64,000 nucleotides of DNA, from NCBI GenBank assembly GCA_029953675.1, contig JAMWBK010000003.1, forward strand, positions 2,542,001-2,606,000, written 5' to 3'. This DNA is from Rhodosorus marinus CCMP1338 (Eukaryota > Plantae > Rhodophyta). This document shows, piece by piece, positions 22,509 to 34,376 of this stretch (position 1 is the first letter of the stretch; every line of letters starts with the position of its first letter). The notes below the pieces were generated by a model. That model was given only the letters and a program-made list of their open reading frames with translations, was not told the origin of the DNA and ran no database searches. Made by a program: the position numbers and the translations under genes.

Positions 22509-23227
22509 ATGTCGTTCGTGAAGGGATTGAGAGTATTTAGAGACTTGGGGGTACAGAGGCAGATGCTTGGAGGTGTGAGGTTACTGCAGCAGGGTGTGTT
22601 TCCATCGGAGTTGGTGAGAGGTCGTAGGACGGAGATTGCGACTGAGTTGATTGAGGAGGAGGCGGATGTGGGGGTGAAGTCCGCGGAGCTTGTGCCTGCT
22701 CAGAAGCCAGCTGATGTATTGGTTGAGGAAGACGACTCGGAGAGGGGTCGTAGGTTATTGGAGTTGAGGGAAAGGAGGCTGGCCACTGAGCCAGATTATG
22801 AGAAGCCGCTCCAGAGCCTGGCGGAGATTTTGCAGGAGCGCGCCAGTAAGCTTCCCAATCGAGTTGATTTGATAGACGAAGAGGAATGGTTTATGCAGGC
22901 GTTTCCGCACATGAACAGAGCCAAGGTCAGATACGCTCTGCATATGATGGAAAAGATTACCCAGTATCCACTCGATCCCAAGAAGACTCGGAATCCGGAC
23001 GCAGCAGCCGGAGTAGAAATACACGGGTGTGGTTATGAACCCACCAGGTCAGCTAAAAAAACACACCAAACGTCAGCCTCATCCCTCTAAAGCCTCGGGA
23101 ATGAACCGCTCCTTTTCCACGGGTTTTCTTGATCCACGAATCGAGGAAACTGAGGTTTTCCCTTCTCTATCCGCTTTGCAGGTTTGGAGATTGGTCGAGT
23201 TTAGGAGGCCGTTGCACTGATTTTTAG
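22509..23227 (+). CDS. SDHAF4: Succinate dehydrogenase assembly factor 4 / DUF1674-like protein
   Basis: Removing intron 23048-23181 gives the C-terminus GVEIHGCGYEPTRFGDWSSLGGRCTDF*, matching the DUF1674 signature EPTRYGDW…GRCxDF. Mitochondrial-type N-terminus. Confidence 0.8.
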
Positions 23228-24246
23228 CCGCCAAGTTTGTTAAGAATCGGATCGTATAGAAAGTTTGGAAGTGCTCTGGAAGCTCTCATGGCGATGTGCT
23301 CCATGAAGACCGGGAAACCGTAGTGGGAGGATTCCGCCGCGATAGCTTGAAGAACGTGCTCTGCGGCCTCACCGCTCGTCATGAGGAACGGCTGCGGATG
23401 ATCAGTCCCTACTGCGGGGGTATCAACAAACCCTGGATTAATGCAAACGAACTGAAAAAAGAGGGCATCTTGTTTGAGATTAGATGTTTCCGCAGTAGCA
23501 AATGCATGTTTGAATAGAATGTATTGTATCGTATCACTCTGACATTCACGAAGAATCGGAAAAAAACTAACCTAGGACTAGAGTCAAGAAAAGCCGCAAA
23601 TGTTTACCTTGATTCCCGAACCCCACAACTCCACCCTTACAGCTTCCATAAAGTTGGATATCGCAGCTTTTGTTCCGCCGTAAACGGATCCGCGAGGTAG
23701 TCCTCTGTAGCCAGAGAGCGAAGAAACTGATGCAACGAGTCCCTTCTTCCGCTGGATCATTGTTGGTAGAACCGCTTTTACGCAGTACACTGTTCCTTTG
23801 AAGTTGGTAGAGATCACCTGCTCTATCGTGTCTTCGGAGAGTTCTGCAAACTTGTTTCCTCGGTTGTTGATCCCCGCATTGGCGATCAGAATATCCACAG
23901 GTCCGTAGTTTCCTACTGCCGTTCGATGTGCAGTGGCGATTGTCGCGTAAGCCTCTGATACGTCCAACGGTACGCACGTCGCGGCGAAGCCGTCCGAGAC
24001 GAGTTCCTTAGCCATAGCTGACATCTTCCTCCTGCTCCTCGCAGACATGGTCACCCTAGCACCTCGCAATGCAAGCTCCTGGGCTACTTGCTGGCCTATA
24101 CCAGATGACGCACCCGTCACCCAAACATGCTTGCCTTTGAAGTAGGTTTTGGCCCTCTGCTTCCTCAGCACGCTCCGCAGAGACAGCAGCAACAGCATCG
24201 CAGCAATGCAGGCGGAAATAAAAGATAAGGACGCAACGGAAATCAT
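23224..24246 (-). CDS. Short-chain dehydrogenase/reductase with N-terminal membrane anchor
   Basis: VTGASSGIG, IANAGI and YGGTK (YxxxK). After intron 23607-23452 it continues FVCINPGFVDTP…LNKLGG* (stop 23226-23224). Confidence 0.9.
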
Positions 24247-24682
24247 CGAGATTGCTTTTGATCGCAGCAAACCTCGTGCGAACTGTAGTAGTCATGCACC
24301 AGCTCACCCCGTCATTGGATCTTCCTTAATCCACGGACCGAGAACGGACTTCACATCCTGTTGAATCAGTGATCGGGTAGACAGAGTGCACGCCGGGAGC
24401 CAAAAAGGAGTTCCACTGTGTTCTGATGGCTGAGAGCAGCCTCTCGTGCTCGAACCTGGCGAAGGATTATCGGCTGAGCTCAGAATCAGGATGCTTGTCT
24501 GTCCGGGAACAAGCTCCGATGCTCCACTGTGTGGGTCGTCGGGTCTGTTGTAGATGCTATAATATGCTTCGAATATGGGTTCAGTTTACTGTTCTAGTGA
24601 TACAAAGTTAGTAAGAGTTCCCATGGCACGCACGTCCACGGGTCTGGTGAATCACACGTCCTCAAAGCTCCCAGACCGTAAC

Positions 24683-26056
24683 CTACGCGGATGGTAGCAA
24701 GTCACGCAGCAGCCTCCGAGCCTGAAAACACTCTCGCACATCAGCTTCTGCGACACAAAGGCGGAGCAATTTCGTTCTTGGGGAGGTGAGAGATGACTGC
24801 CTCCTTGGTGATCTGCCCGCTGGATTTCGTTTCACGAGTTTCGCTTCGGCTACCTCGACGAGGCCGGTTTGTGAGAGGGAAGAATTGCAGATGTTGGAGA
24901 ATTCGCCGAATGTGAGGGAGCTTGTCCCAGCACGCAAGCTCATTGGTTGATACTCGTCATACACGGAGCCTAATGTAGCTTCCTTTCGCTTCTGATCCGA
25001 GAGTTTTCTAACAAAGCTGCAGAGCATTACTTGCTGTTGAATGGGCAAGTTTTCCATTATCCTCCGCACACCACTAACGCTCCCGCGAGATTCGAAAATT
25101 CGCACGATCTCCGCAATGAACGTTTTCGGTCTGGACGGCTTATTCTTCACAGAATCGATTGCCGCCCTGCAAACGTCGAGAGCGAGCCGAACGTCTCCGT
25201 TGACGGCGGCAGTCTACAACGTACAAAATGAAATCCTAGTCAGAACTATCCCTAATCGCAAATAGCCAAGCTGCTCTGTTCGGTTGCGCGTTCTTGCAAG
25301 TGGCAGGCTCACCTTTTTGGCACAGAGTTTGATGGCGGGCAGGTCCATGACATCTTTCTCGATCCTCTGCAGAATTATTTTTTCCATCGCGTCGCTCGTG
25401 TACGGCCTGAAGGGGAAAACGACTGGTACTGACTGGCATGCTCTCAACCAAGGCAAGAGTCTCTCCGGTAGATCAACAGAGTTGGCAATTCCTAGCACAA
25501 TCGCCTCGCTACATTTTTTTGGGAGTTCGAATACGGCGTACAACAGGCTCAAGTCTCGCGTGATCAGAAAATCAAGCTCGTCGAGAACGAGGATTGTCTT
25601 CTTCCCCTTCTTCGACAGAGTTGCAATCAGGTTCGCCTCAGTCGACTCGGAAGTAGTACTACCCTTGATCCGGTCACAGAGCGTTCCATAGATGGCCCTA
25701 GGTTCGCCCTGGGAAGCACAATTTACCCAGATAGATCTGTATCCAACTTCACGAAGAGCGTTCTTTACGGTCAGCGTTTTTCCAGTTCCGGGTAGTCCAC
25801 TGACGTATACTGCTCCACCTCTGTCAGCCTTCAGTATTCCTTCGAGGGTATCCTTCAATTGCAGGGCTTCTGATTCCCGCCCGAGAACTTTGTCCGGAAC
25901 GAAAGACAGCGACAGGCGATCCTGCGACCTTCTCCACCATTCCGTCCCGGGCTCAGTCTTTTTTAGCTGATGTTCATTTCGCTCAGCCTTTTTCACCACT
26001 CTTCCAATCGGAAAAAGAGGCTCGGCCACCCTTGCACTTCTGGCCGGTCTTCCCAT
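24683..26056 (-). CDS. CDC6: Cell division control protein 6 (AAA+ ATPase)
   Basis: Walker A VYVSGLPGTGKT, Walker B LVLDELDFL, LGIANSVDLPERLLP and FRPYT. The second exon starts TAAVNGDVRLALDVCR. Winged-helix C-terminus. Confidence 0.9.
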
Positions 26057-26268
26057 CGTCCTGCATCAACACGACACCAAAACGACCAAAGCCTAGATGA
26101 CTGTCCTGCCATCCTCGCTACTAGTAGCCAACGTCCTCTCGCACTTGAACAAGGATCAGAACGGTATAAGAAGATACTACTCCAACCGCCTAATTTCCAG
26201 GGAGAGAGAGAGAGAGAAGAAAAAAAGATGAACACAAAAAATTGAAGAAAGATGCGCTAACAGGTTCA

Positions 26269-26300
26269 GGCGCGGGAGACTACATCTCCGCTCCCGCGCC
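26269..26300. promoter_or_regulatory. Perfect 10-bp inverted repeat carrying E2F-like CCCGCG sites, upstream of CDC6
   Basis: GGCGCGGGAG (26269-26278) and CTCCCGCGCC (26291-26300), about 210 nt upstream of the CDC6 ATG. A further TTTCCCGCG lies near 26587. Confidence 0.4.
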
Positions 26301-26627
26301 ATAGAATATTAATCACTACCCCCTACCCCCGTAACAGAAACTTCCTCGCGCTCTGTTGATCTTCTTCAACCCACCTGTTCAACAAACTCTCGAAGAAAAG
26401 ACTTGACTGAATGTCCATTATAATTTACTTGGCCAAGAAAGCATGGCGGATGATACTTTACAAGGCGACAGGAATTTACCCCCTCAATGGAAAATAGCGA
26501 AAATGAGAATATGATTAATTTATCTTCATAATATATGGATAGGGTTATTCTTTACCCCTCCGTTGTCCTATAGGATTTTTAGGAGGTTTCCCGCGTAAAT
26601 TGGATTTTCGATGATTCCCGCGTCTAT

Positions 26628-27040
26628 TCAGCCAATGATGTGTATGGGATATGCATGGCAATCCAAAGGCGTGGTCTGTTGGTGTTTGCTTGTCCAGGTT
26701 TGTTGGGACAGTTGGGACATGAACGTGCCTCGATCGCTTTGGGAAGTTGTGGGTGAGCTAGTTTCTGCGGAGAGTTCTGTACAAAGAACTTTTTGAACAT
26801 GAGGGCTCGCAAGGCGAAAATGAGCTCGGTTTTCTGATTTGACCTGCCTGTAGGCTAGGTGTTGGTTACCTACGCTATTGAGCGCATCCGCTTTTGAGAC
26901 AATGCCAACAAGGGTATGACCCTGCACCACTGATCTTTTCAACTACCTAGGACCTCCGTGAATACGATAGTGTAGACGTGCTGCAGGGAACTAGGCATCG
27001 TTTTCAGGTGGCGAGGTCGTCACGGGGCACGCGGTGCAGA
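26628..27040 (-). pseudogene. Degenerate CBS-domain sequence
   Basis: One frame reads DFCTACPVTTSPPENDA*FPAARLHYRIHGGPR*LKRSVVQGHTLVGIVSKADAL, a CBS-like consensus with two in-frame TAG codons. Confidence 0.35.
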
Positions 27041-28338
27041 AATCGCGTTTCCGATGGTTCAGAACTTCTTTAGAGTCCCAAACTCAGCTTCAGCAGAAAA
27101 CAAAACAAAACCGAAGACCGGTTGGTCATCCGTGTGGCATGCTGGAAGCAACAGACAGTGAAGAGGACGGAGGGGGTCCTGGGGAAAGCAAGAACCACTT
27201 AACACGCCGAAAACCGTTTGCAGTTTCGGTGATCCACATCAGCACTGAAGAGGATCTCACATGTGCTCTCTAGTTCAATAGAACGCAGAAACAAACCCAA
27301 AAGTCTCCACGCTTTCATACCATCAACAACAACTCCGAAAAGCCTGACCCCAACTCCCTCAGCGGGACACGTCCTGTGTGGCTTCGCCTTGCCAGCCTGT
27401 ACCCTAACCAAATGGTTCCTCTTCAATTCTAACTTTCATGGCTATCCTTCCTTTATTCGTCCCTGCTCGCTTAGTGAGCTGCTACCCTACATGGCCATTC
27501 GGTTTGTCACATTCCATATACCATTCCTACCTAGCCCCGGGCCTGCTGTTGCCCTACTCGAGGTGTGATCACAACATTCTTGTCAGCTAGCTTCTACAAT
27601 CCATGGCTCCGAAGATCATATCACAACCAGCGATCTCCTAGCTTTTACGACAGAGTTCAATAACGGACCAGCAGAATTAATTCTGACTCGAAACTTCCAA
27701 ACTCCTTCACCCCAGCTGTCCCAAAATCCACGCTCCCTGTCCCAATTTTTTTTCCTCTCCATCAGAGTTTTCCAAGATATTCTTTCAACCCAATCACAGA
27801 GCGGCAAACCCCTCCAAAAATTTAAAAAACTGACAAAAACAGATTTCAGCGAGAGAGAGAAAGATTTTTTTTATTTTTCTCCTTTTTCCGCATTGATCAC
27901 TTGCTGCAACTTAATTTAACGCCTATTCCAACCTATCCCCTCTCCTTCCCTCCCCCCTTCCCTCCCCCCCTATTCTTTTCAGCTTGCAAACGTTTAATAT
28001 CCATAGAGGTGTCCTCTTTATCAGTTAATACGCTTATGAACAAAATATGCTTAATATTAATAGTGATTATTTTGTATTTAATATCGTTTATGGTATATTT
28101 TGCTTTGAGATATTTAGGGCCTCGTTCCTCTGTTGGATGGCGTGGGGCTACTCAACGCTCGACAAAGAACTTTTTGGGGCGGCTGGGCAAAGGGTAGAAA
28201 TATAGCTACCCTGAACCTACGTTCAGGGTAGCTATATTTGGATGAAAGCGGTAGACGAAGATGTTCTTAGCGTCAGGAGGGAGCAGAATGATACGGACAT
28301 TGTATGTGGTTGGGTGTTGAGTGAAAGCAGTGCTACTC

Positions 28339-28940
28339 ATGGCGGCGTGTTTGGTTAACGCAGTTCGCGATCCGGATTGTGGAGACGACGGAGAAGTTTC
28401 AGTTGTTGCTGTTAGTGCGGTGGGCGACGAGGAGGAGCAATGTAGTATGCCGAAGGGGAGGAAATCTGTGACTTTTGCTGATAGCGAAGAGGTGCAGTAC
28501 TTTGTTTGTAATCCGGAAGAGAGGCTCCGGGTAAGGGCACAACCGTTCACGAAGCTGGTTTTGCGTATGGCCCTCTGCCTAACCAGTCCCGTCATTGCGC
28601 TATTTCAGAATTATCCTAGGATCACCTCTAGGAGAGCGCGACCTCAATTCCAATTGGAAATGCCTGCCGTACTGAGTCTCCCGAGGTGGGAATCTACCTT
28701 ACGGACGGAGGGATCGTATACTTACTTTGAGCAGGTACGACCGCTGTATTGGTGAATTCTGCACCATGCACACTAGTAACTGATCAAGGTTCTAACCTGT
28801 ATCTCCCCGCGACCTTGCAGATGTTGGGCGAGTGCAAAGAGGTGCTTACGGAAGCCTCGAATGAGTACCAGCAGGTGAAGAGCCAACTGTACACTACCAT
28901 GTGCAAATCCATGAGTCAACTAACAGGTTACGACGTCTAA
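28339..28940 (+). CDS. Uncharacterised protein (two exons, start uncertain)
   Basis: ORF 28321..28755 (KSVTFADSEEVQY…YFEQ|GTACG) joins through an intron to MLGECKEVLTEASNEY…GYDV*. Confidence 0.5.
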
Positions 28941-29399
28941 GTTAAAAACTAGCTTCCACAAAGCGGACTAAGAATACCCTTATTCTTACATCAAAAAAAA
29001 GGTGACATGACGGACTCCCGTTTCTCACCAAAAGGTCGAATACTCCCAGCCTCAATACTACAATCTGGCTACATCCCAGGCGATCAAGATGCAGTGAGCA
29101 AGTCTAACGCAAACGGATGTTCTTCCAGCTCCGAATCAGGGAAAGTCCTTTGCCTCCGAGCCACATCTGCCTCACCAGTAGGAAAACCCTCAAAATATAA
29201 AAACACCGGCCTAAGTTTCTCAGTTCGGGAAGAGGGACTCCCACCGCCCCCTTCGCCCAGGATGTTCTTTTGAACAACAAGACTCGTCGACTTTGTCACC
29301 CCCAGTCGCGGTTCAAGCTCAAAAAAAGCAACCACCAACACCCCAAAAAGATGCTTCGCTCTTAATCTAAAACAATATAAATCGTAATTGTTCCTATTT

Positions 29400-29760
29400 C
29401 AATTTATTTAGCACAATATTCCAATTTATTTAGCACAATATTCCAATTTATTTAGCACAATATTCCAATTTATTTAGCACAATATTCCAATTTATTTAGC
29501 ACAACATTCCAATTTATTTAGCACAACATTCCAATTTATTTAGCACAACATTCCAATTTATTTAGCACAACATTCCAATTTATTCTGCACAATATTCCAA
29601 TTTATGAGGCATAATATTCCAATTTATTTAGCACAATATTCCAATTTATTCTGCACAATATTCCAATTTATTCTGCACAATATTCCAATTTATTCTGCAC
29701 AATATTCCAATTTATGAGGCATAATATTCCAACTTATGAAGCATAATATTCCAATTTATG
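29400..29760 (+). repeat. 22-bp AT-rich minisatellite, about 16 copies, consensus AATTTATTTAGCACAATATTCC
   Basis: Read directly. Unit variants (TTTAGCACAAT, TTTAGCACAAC, TTCTGCACAAT, TGAGGCATAAT) occur in clusters. Confidence 0.98.
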
Positions 29761-30067
29761 AATATCTGGTCTATTCTATGCAATCGGACCGTAATCCAAT
29801 GCTTATTATGCACGTGTCCTTATGTGGATAAGTGGACAGGACTTGTGTGTTGTTTTTGGTTGGAAAATGGAGGCTCGTTTATATGAGCTCAGTGATTATT
29901 GTTGAATCGGAAACAAAAGTTTTAGGGAGAAAGGAGCGAAGGGTTGGGATGAGGGGGGTTTGGAGGTTGGATGGAATGGGAAGGGTATGCTGGTGATCTC
30001 AGGTACGATTGCGTATTTGGCATTGAGAAGGATGGAAGGGTCTGGAGAGGGTAGGCGCGATAGCGAG

Positions 30068-31334
30068 ATGAGTCGGCTAAGCGCTGAGGAGGTTTCTCGG
30101 GCGGTGTTGCTGGAGAACCTATCGGCAGAGACGACGGATGCTGATCTGGAGGATTTCTTATCGATTTGTGGAGCTGTGGATCGTCAGAGCCTGAATATTG
30201 AGAAGAAGGAGGCCTTGGTTGTTTTCCAGGATGAAGAAGGTCGACAAGCTGCGTTGATGATTAATGGTGGGAAGCTGCATGGCTCTCCGGTTACCGTATC
30301 GCCTGTTCCCGAGGACTACGGCGCGGAGAATGGACTGGTGGACGAACTTGCTGCTGATGAATCGAATGATACGGGTATACCAGTGATAAGCGCCGACGAG
30401 CTAGGAGGACTAGACGATATGCGGAGATCCCGAACAGCTCCTGCGAACCCAAGCTTGTTTGGACCCTCGAGCGAGTGGCTTGAAAATATGAAACAAAAAT
30501 TCCTCGACGCGAAGAAAAATGCTGCTGAAGTTGCGAAGGAGATGGGTGAAGAAGCCAAGGTTGTCTCTAAGGAAATCAACAACTCCATCCGTGGGTCGAT
30601 CGCGGACGCAAACATTCCAGAAAAATTTGAGGCGGCGAAGAGCTCTGCCTCGCAGTCAGCAACGCAGACGAAGGAAAAGTTTGCTGAAATCGATGCACAG
30701 TACGAGGTTCGCGCGTTGATTCCAAACCGACTTGCTGTGACAGGCATTTTTTTTGGTTATTTCCCTGGCGGGAGGACATCTGCGAATAGAAAATCTTTCG
30801 CTGAATGCATGTTTTCTGCTTTCTCAGGTCTCGGAGAAGGCTAAAAGAAGCAAGGACGCAGCGACGAGCTTTTCAAAACAGGTAGATGAGACGCTGGGAA
30901 TCACTACCGCGGCTTCGAACGTAGCCCACGCTTCACGGAACATGGCACAAGAGGTATGAGAGTCAGAAGTTGCAATCCTTCCCTAGTTTTGACGATTCCC
31001 CTAAAACTTAACTGGCACGTTTCCTGAACGAAACCAGGTAGACGAAAACTTGGGACTCAGTGAAACTACGAGACGCCTGACAGTCCAGGCCCTTGACAAT
31101 GAAACCGTCCAGAGCACAGTGCGTTCGTTCTCCGCCAGCTGGAGCGCTTTGAAATCCAAGCTGATGCCCGAGGAAGACCCAGCACTGGGCCCAGCCCCCA
31201 CTTCGAACTTGGATGACGAGGACGAGGGAGAGCCCCTGTTCCCCGAACAGGTCGAGCAAGACAGGCAAGAGGGCAATACCCGCGACAGTGCAGGTAATGC
31301 TTTGACCACAAATCAAGACTGTTGTTCGACGTAG
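30068..31334 (+). CDS. RRM-domain protein (Vip1/BPA1-like), three exons
   Basis: RAVLLENLSAETTDADLEDFLSICGAV…ALVVFQDEEGRQAALMINGGKLHGSPVTV followed by a low-complexity A/K/E/S region. ORFs 29960..30844, 30753..30959 and 31050..31334 are linked by GT-AG introns. Start could be 30032. Confidence 0.8.
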
Positions 31335-33189
31335 ACAGCTACGTTAGTCTGGCGTTAGTACTGTACATCGAGGGATGCCGCGATTTACAAGTTTTCTCTT
31401 GGAGAGCTTGAAGAAGCTCCCATTACTGTTCGAGATCCCAGATTCTAAGTTTGTGCTTGTCCTTTCCATCTTTTTGTTCTCCGAAATCATTCCAGAGCCG
31501 GCCGCGTTGGGAGTTGACTAAGGGAGCGTCGGAAGATGTCGTTCAGATTTTTGTACAAAAAACCAGACGTTTTGGTCATTTGCTTTTTTTCTTTGTTTGC
31601 GTTTTTTATGAAAGGTTCTTTCTCTTCTTTTTAGAATTCTATGAGCGCGGTTACTCATCGCTGGGCGATCCCCGGTGATGTCTGGCTCGAGAACAGAGAA
31701 AGTCAACGTCGAAAACCAGATCCCTTTCGTCACAAATAAAGCGGATGGATCTCTTTGTTGACGGAAGGGGAGTAGGTACGACTGCTCTGCTCAAGAGTCC
31801 CAAGAAAAGGAACAAATCCGATACTTTCGGACTACCCACGTTTAGACTCGTACCAGCTCCCATCCTTCCTCTTACTTCTTAGCTTTTAGAAACTTCACAA
31901 CGACGCCAGCACATGATATGTGTGACCTGGCATCACGTACAACCCCAGACTCCCGAAGCGTTCAGAGTCGGCGCGAGCGGATGCCTGCTTGTTGTCGCTC
32001 TTGTTGCTGTTGCTCCTGCAACGCTACCGCCACTTGCACAGAGGTGTTGGGGACAAGGGCTGCTGGGCTCAAACTGGTAGATTCTTCACTGCAAGGGTCG
32101 CTCACTTATTGGCGAAGTACAAAGCCACCGCTAACAAACATGTGTTACAGTACGTCCATGACAACAGCAGCCCTTGCAATACTAGTCTAGCCTGGCAGAT
32201 TACAACGAGGTTCTTCTTCCAAACTGGCTACCAAAGATACTGCTGGCATCCGGACCAGATTGCACGGTAGGCTATGATGCGATTACTGTCAGAGTCCTCC
32301 CATTTAAGTCTTTTTTAAGTTGCGAAGTTTACGGTGTGCATCAAAGCTTGCTTCATATACACCTGCCGCTAGTAGTTTCCACAGATCTTACTTTCCACGA
32401 AGCTCTGCTTCGAGACCGCCGAGGCTATCAGCTCAGTGAAACACGAGATGTCATATCATCTCCAGACGCGTTATCCTTTGACTATTGGCGAATCTCCTAA
32501 TGGTTGCTCTACTTTGACTGCGAAACCCATCACGTCGTCGGCTGGCCTTTGCAGAAGGGGCAGGCCTCTCGCTCCGGTTCAGTGGCTAACATAGCCGTTG
32601 CCTGGGCCAGAAACCACGTTTATCTAGCTACGGAAGAAGTGCATTTGCCAAAAAGACCGCCATGGACACAAAAGCTCAAGCACAGCAGAAGCTCTTCAAA
32701 CTTACATAATTCAATGTCGCTACTGCTCGGAGTGGATAAGACGATAGACGAAAGTGGTAGAAGAGGCGGTACATTTCCACAGAACCTCAGGTCCTCTCCA
32801 ACTTCATGTATACCAGCAGATGCCAGCCAGCACGAAGACGTAGCTTCCCGGCTCAATCTGAAAACCGATTGGAATTCTACTCTTAGAAAGTGCCATTTCC
32901 GCAGAGTGCGGTTTGTCTCCAACACCAGTGCGAGATTCTTCAAGTGTTTTCAGTATAAAAGAAAACGGTTTTGGGATGGTGGGGGAGATATGAAATGAGT
33001 CCTTCGCAGTCAAGAGCTTCTTCTTCTAGAGGCACTAAGTGAACAGAAAAGGAACGCGTCAACGCACGCTGAGGTGAACGAGTAAGTTTCTGGGGAAGAT
33101 ATTGTGAACTTGTATAAAGGGCTTTCTGTTTTTACCAGCGCGTGTACCTTTTCTGTTTTAAAAGCGTTCTGCTTGGCTTACCTGCAGAG

Positions 33190-34201
33190 ATGAAAAGAGA
33201 GTATGAAGGATGGGATGGTTCAAAGAACAATGTTGCACAGTGGGAGAGCCGGCTTCAGTCCTCTTACGTGCCGAGGGAGTGAGTTCTGATGGACAGAAAT
33301 CTTGAACTTTTTTTGCGGTGGATTTTCTTTCCTGGAACGGACAGCTGTTGACGCTGAAGCTTTTTCTCGCTGTTGTGGCTCCTTTTTCGTTCAAAAGGAC
33401 GATTGACCGAATCGTGATGGACTATTTCGTCGTTGAAGGTTACCAAGACGCTGCTGAGAAGCTGGTTAGCGAAAGCGGAAGAACCAGTCTGAGCGAGTTT
33501 CAAACTGTAGATAAGACAGCGCTGGCGAATAGAAGGGCAGCACGTATGGCTATTCAGAATGGACAGGTCCAAGAAGCTATCGATTTGGCGAAGAAGGTTG
33601 AGCCATCGGTAGGCCTCGTTTCTTGGTTTTGAGATGGATAGTTTACTGCAGCCGAGTTCTAACATGAGAGAAATGCTTCGTCTTATACTTGCTCGTCTCA
33701 GATTATTAGTTGGAATGTTCTCCTACGTTTCCACTTGCTGCAGCAAAAGTTGATAGAGCACATTAGGGCAGGAAATACAGCCGATGCCATTAAGTTTGCT
33801 CAAGAGGAGCTGGCGCCTTGCGGAGAAGAATGCGTGAGCTACAGCTGCGCCTTTCGTAGCTCTCACCAGTGTGCACAAGGAACTGACTCCTGTTTTTTAT
33901 TCTACGCGTATCCCAGCCCGAGTTCCTGGAGGAGTTGCAGCGTACTTTGACGCTGCTGGTTTTTGAGAATGAACCAGATGGCACGCTTTCAGAGCTGATG
34001 AGTTTTGCGCAAAAGCAACGGACTGCGTCTGAACTCAACTCTGCGCTCCTTGCCTTCAACAAAGAGAAGAAAGATCCCATGCTGCCCTTTCTCATCAAGC
34101 TGATCATATGGACGGAGAAAAAACTCAATGAGCATGGACATCGTACTTGTGAGATCGACATTAGGACTGGAGCATTGTCTGAGCACTCAAGTACTTCTTG
34201 A
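33190..34201 (+). CDS. GID8: GID8/TWA1 subunit of the CTLH E3 ligase (LisH-CTLH-CRA)
   Basis: TIDRIVMDYFVVEGYQDAAEKL (LisH), FHLLQQKLIEHIR, FAQEELAPCGEE, LEELQRTLTLLVF and QKQRTASELNSALL. Three introns. Confidence 0.88.
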
Positions 34202-34376
34202 TTAGGAGTATAAGAAGACATATATTATGAAAACGGAGAAAAAATGGTAAATAATACAGTAACGATCGATGAAAACATCAACGAACGGGAACTATACATA
34301 TAAAAACAAGAACTGTATGTGCCCCGTCGTTATTGGCACCAGAAAATTGTCCTAAATTGAGTAGCAACCAAGTGCC

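Noticed and set aside
26880-27000. Genome-wide TAG reassignment suggested by in-frame TAGs
   Set aside because: RNase Z, SDHAF4, LtrA copy 1, bestrophin 1 and the kinase all end at TAG at the expected C-termini.
29400-29760. CRISPR array or telomeric repeat
   Set aside because: No spacers. The 22-bp AT-rich unit is internal and not G-strand telomere-like.
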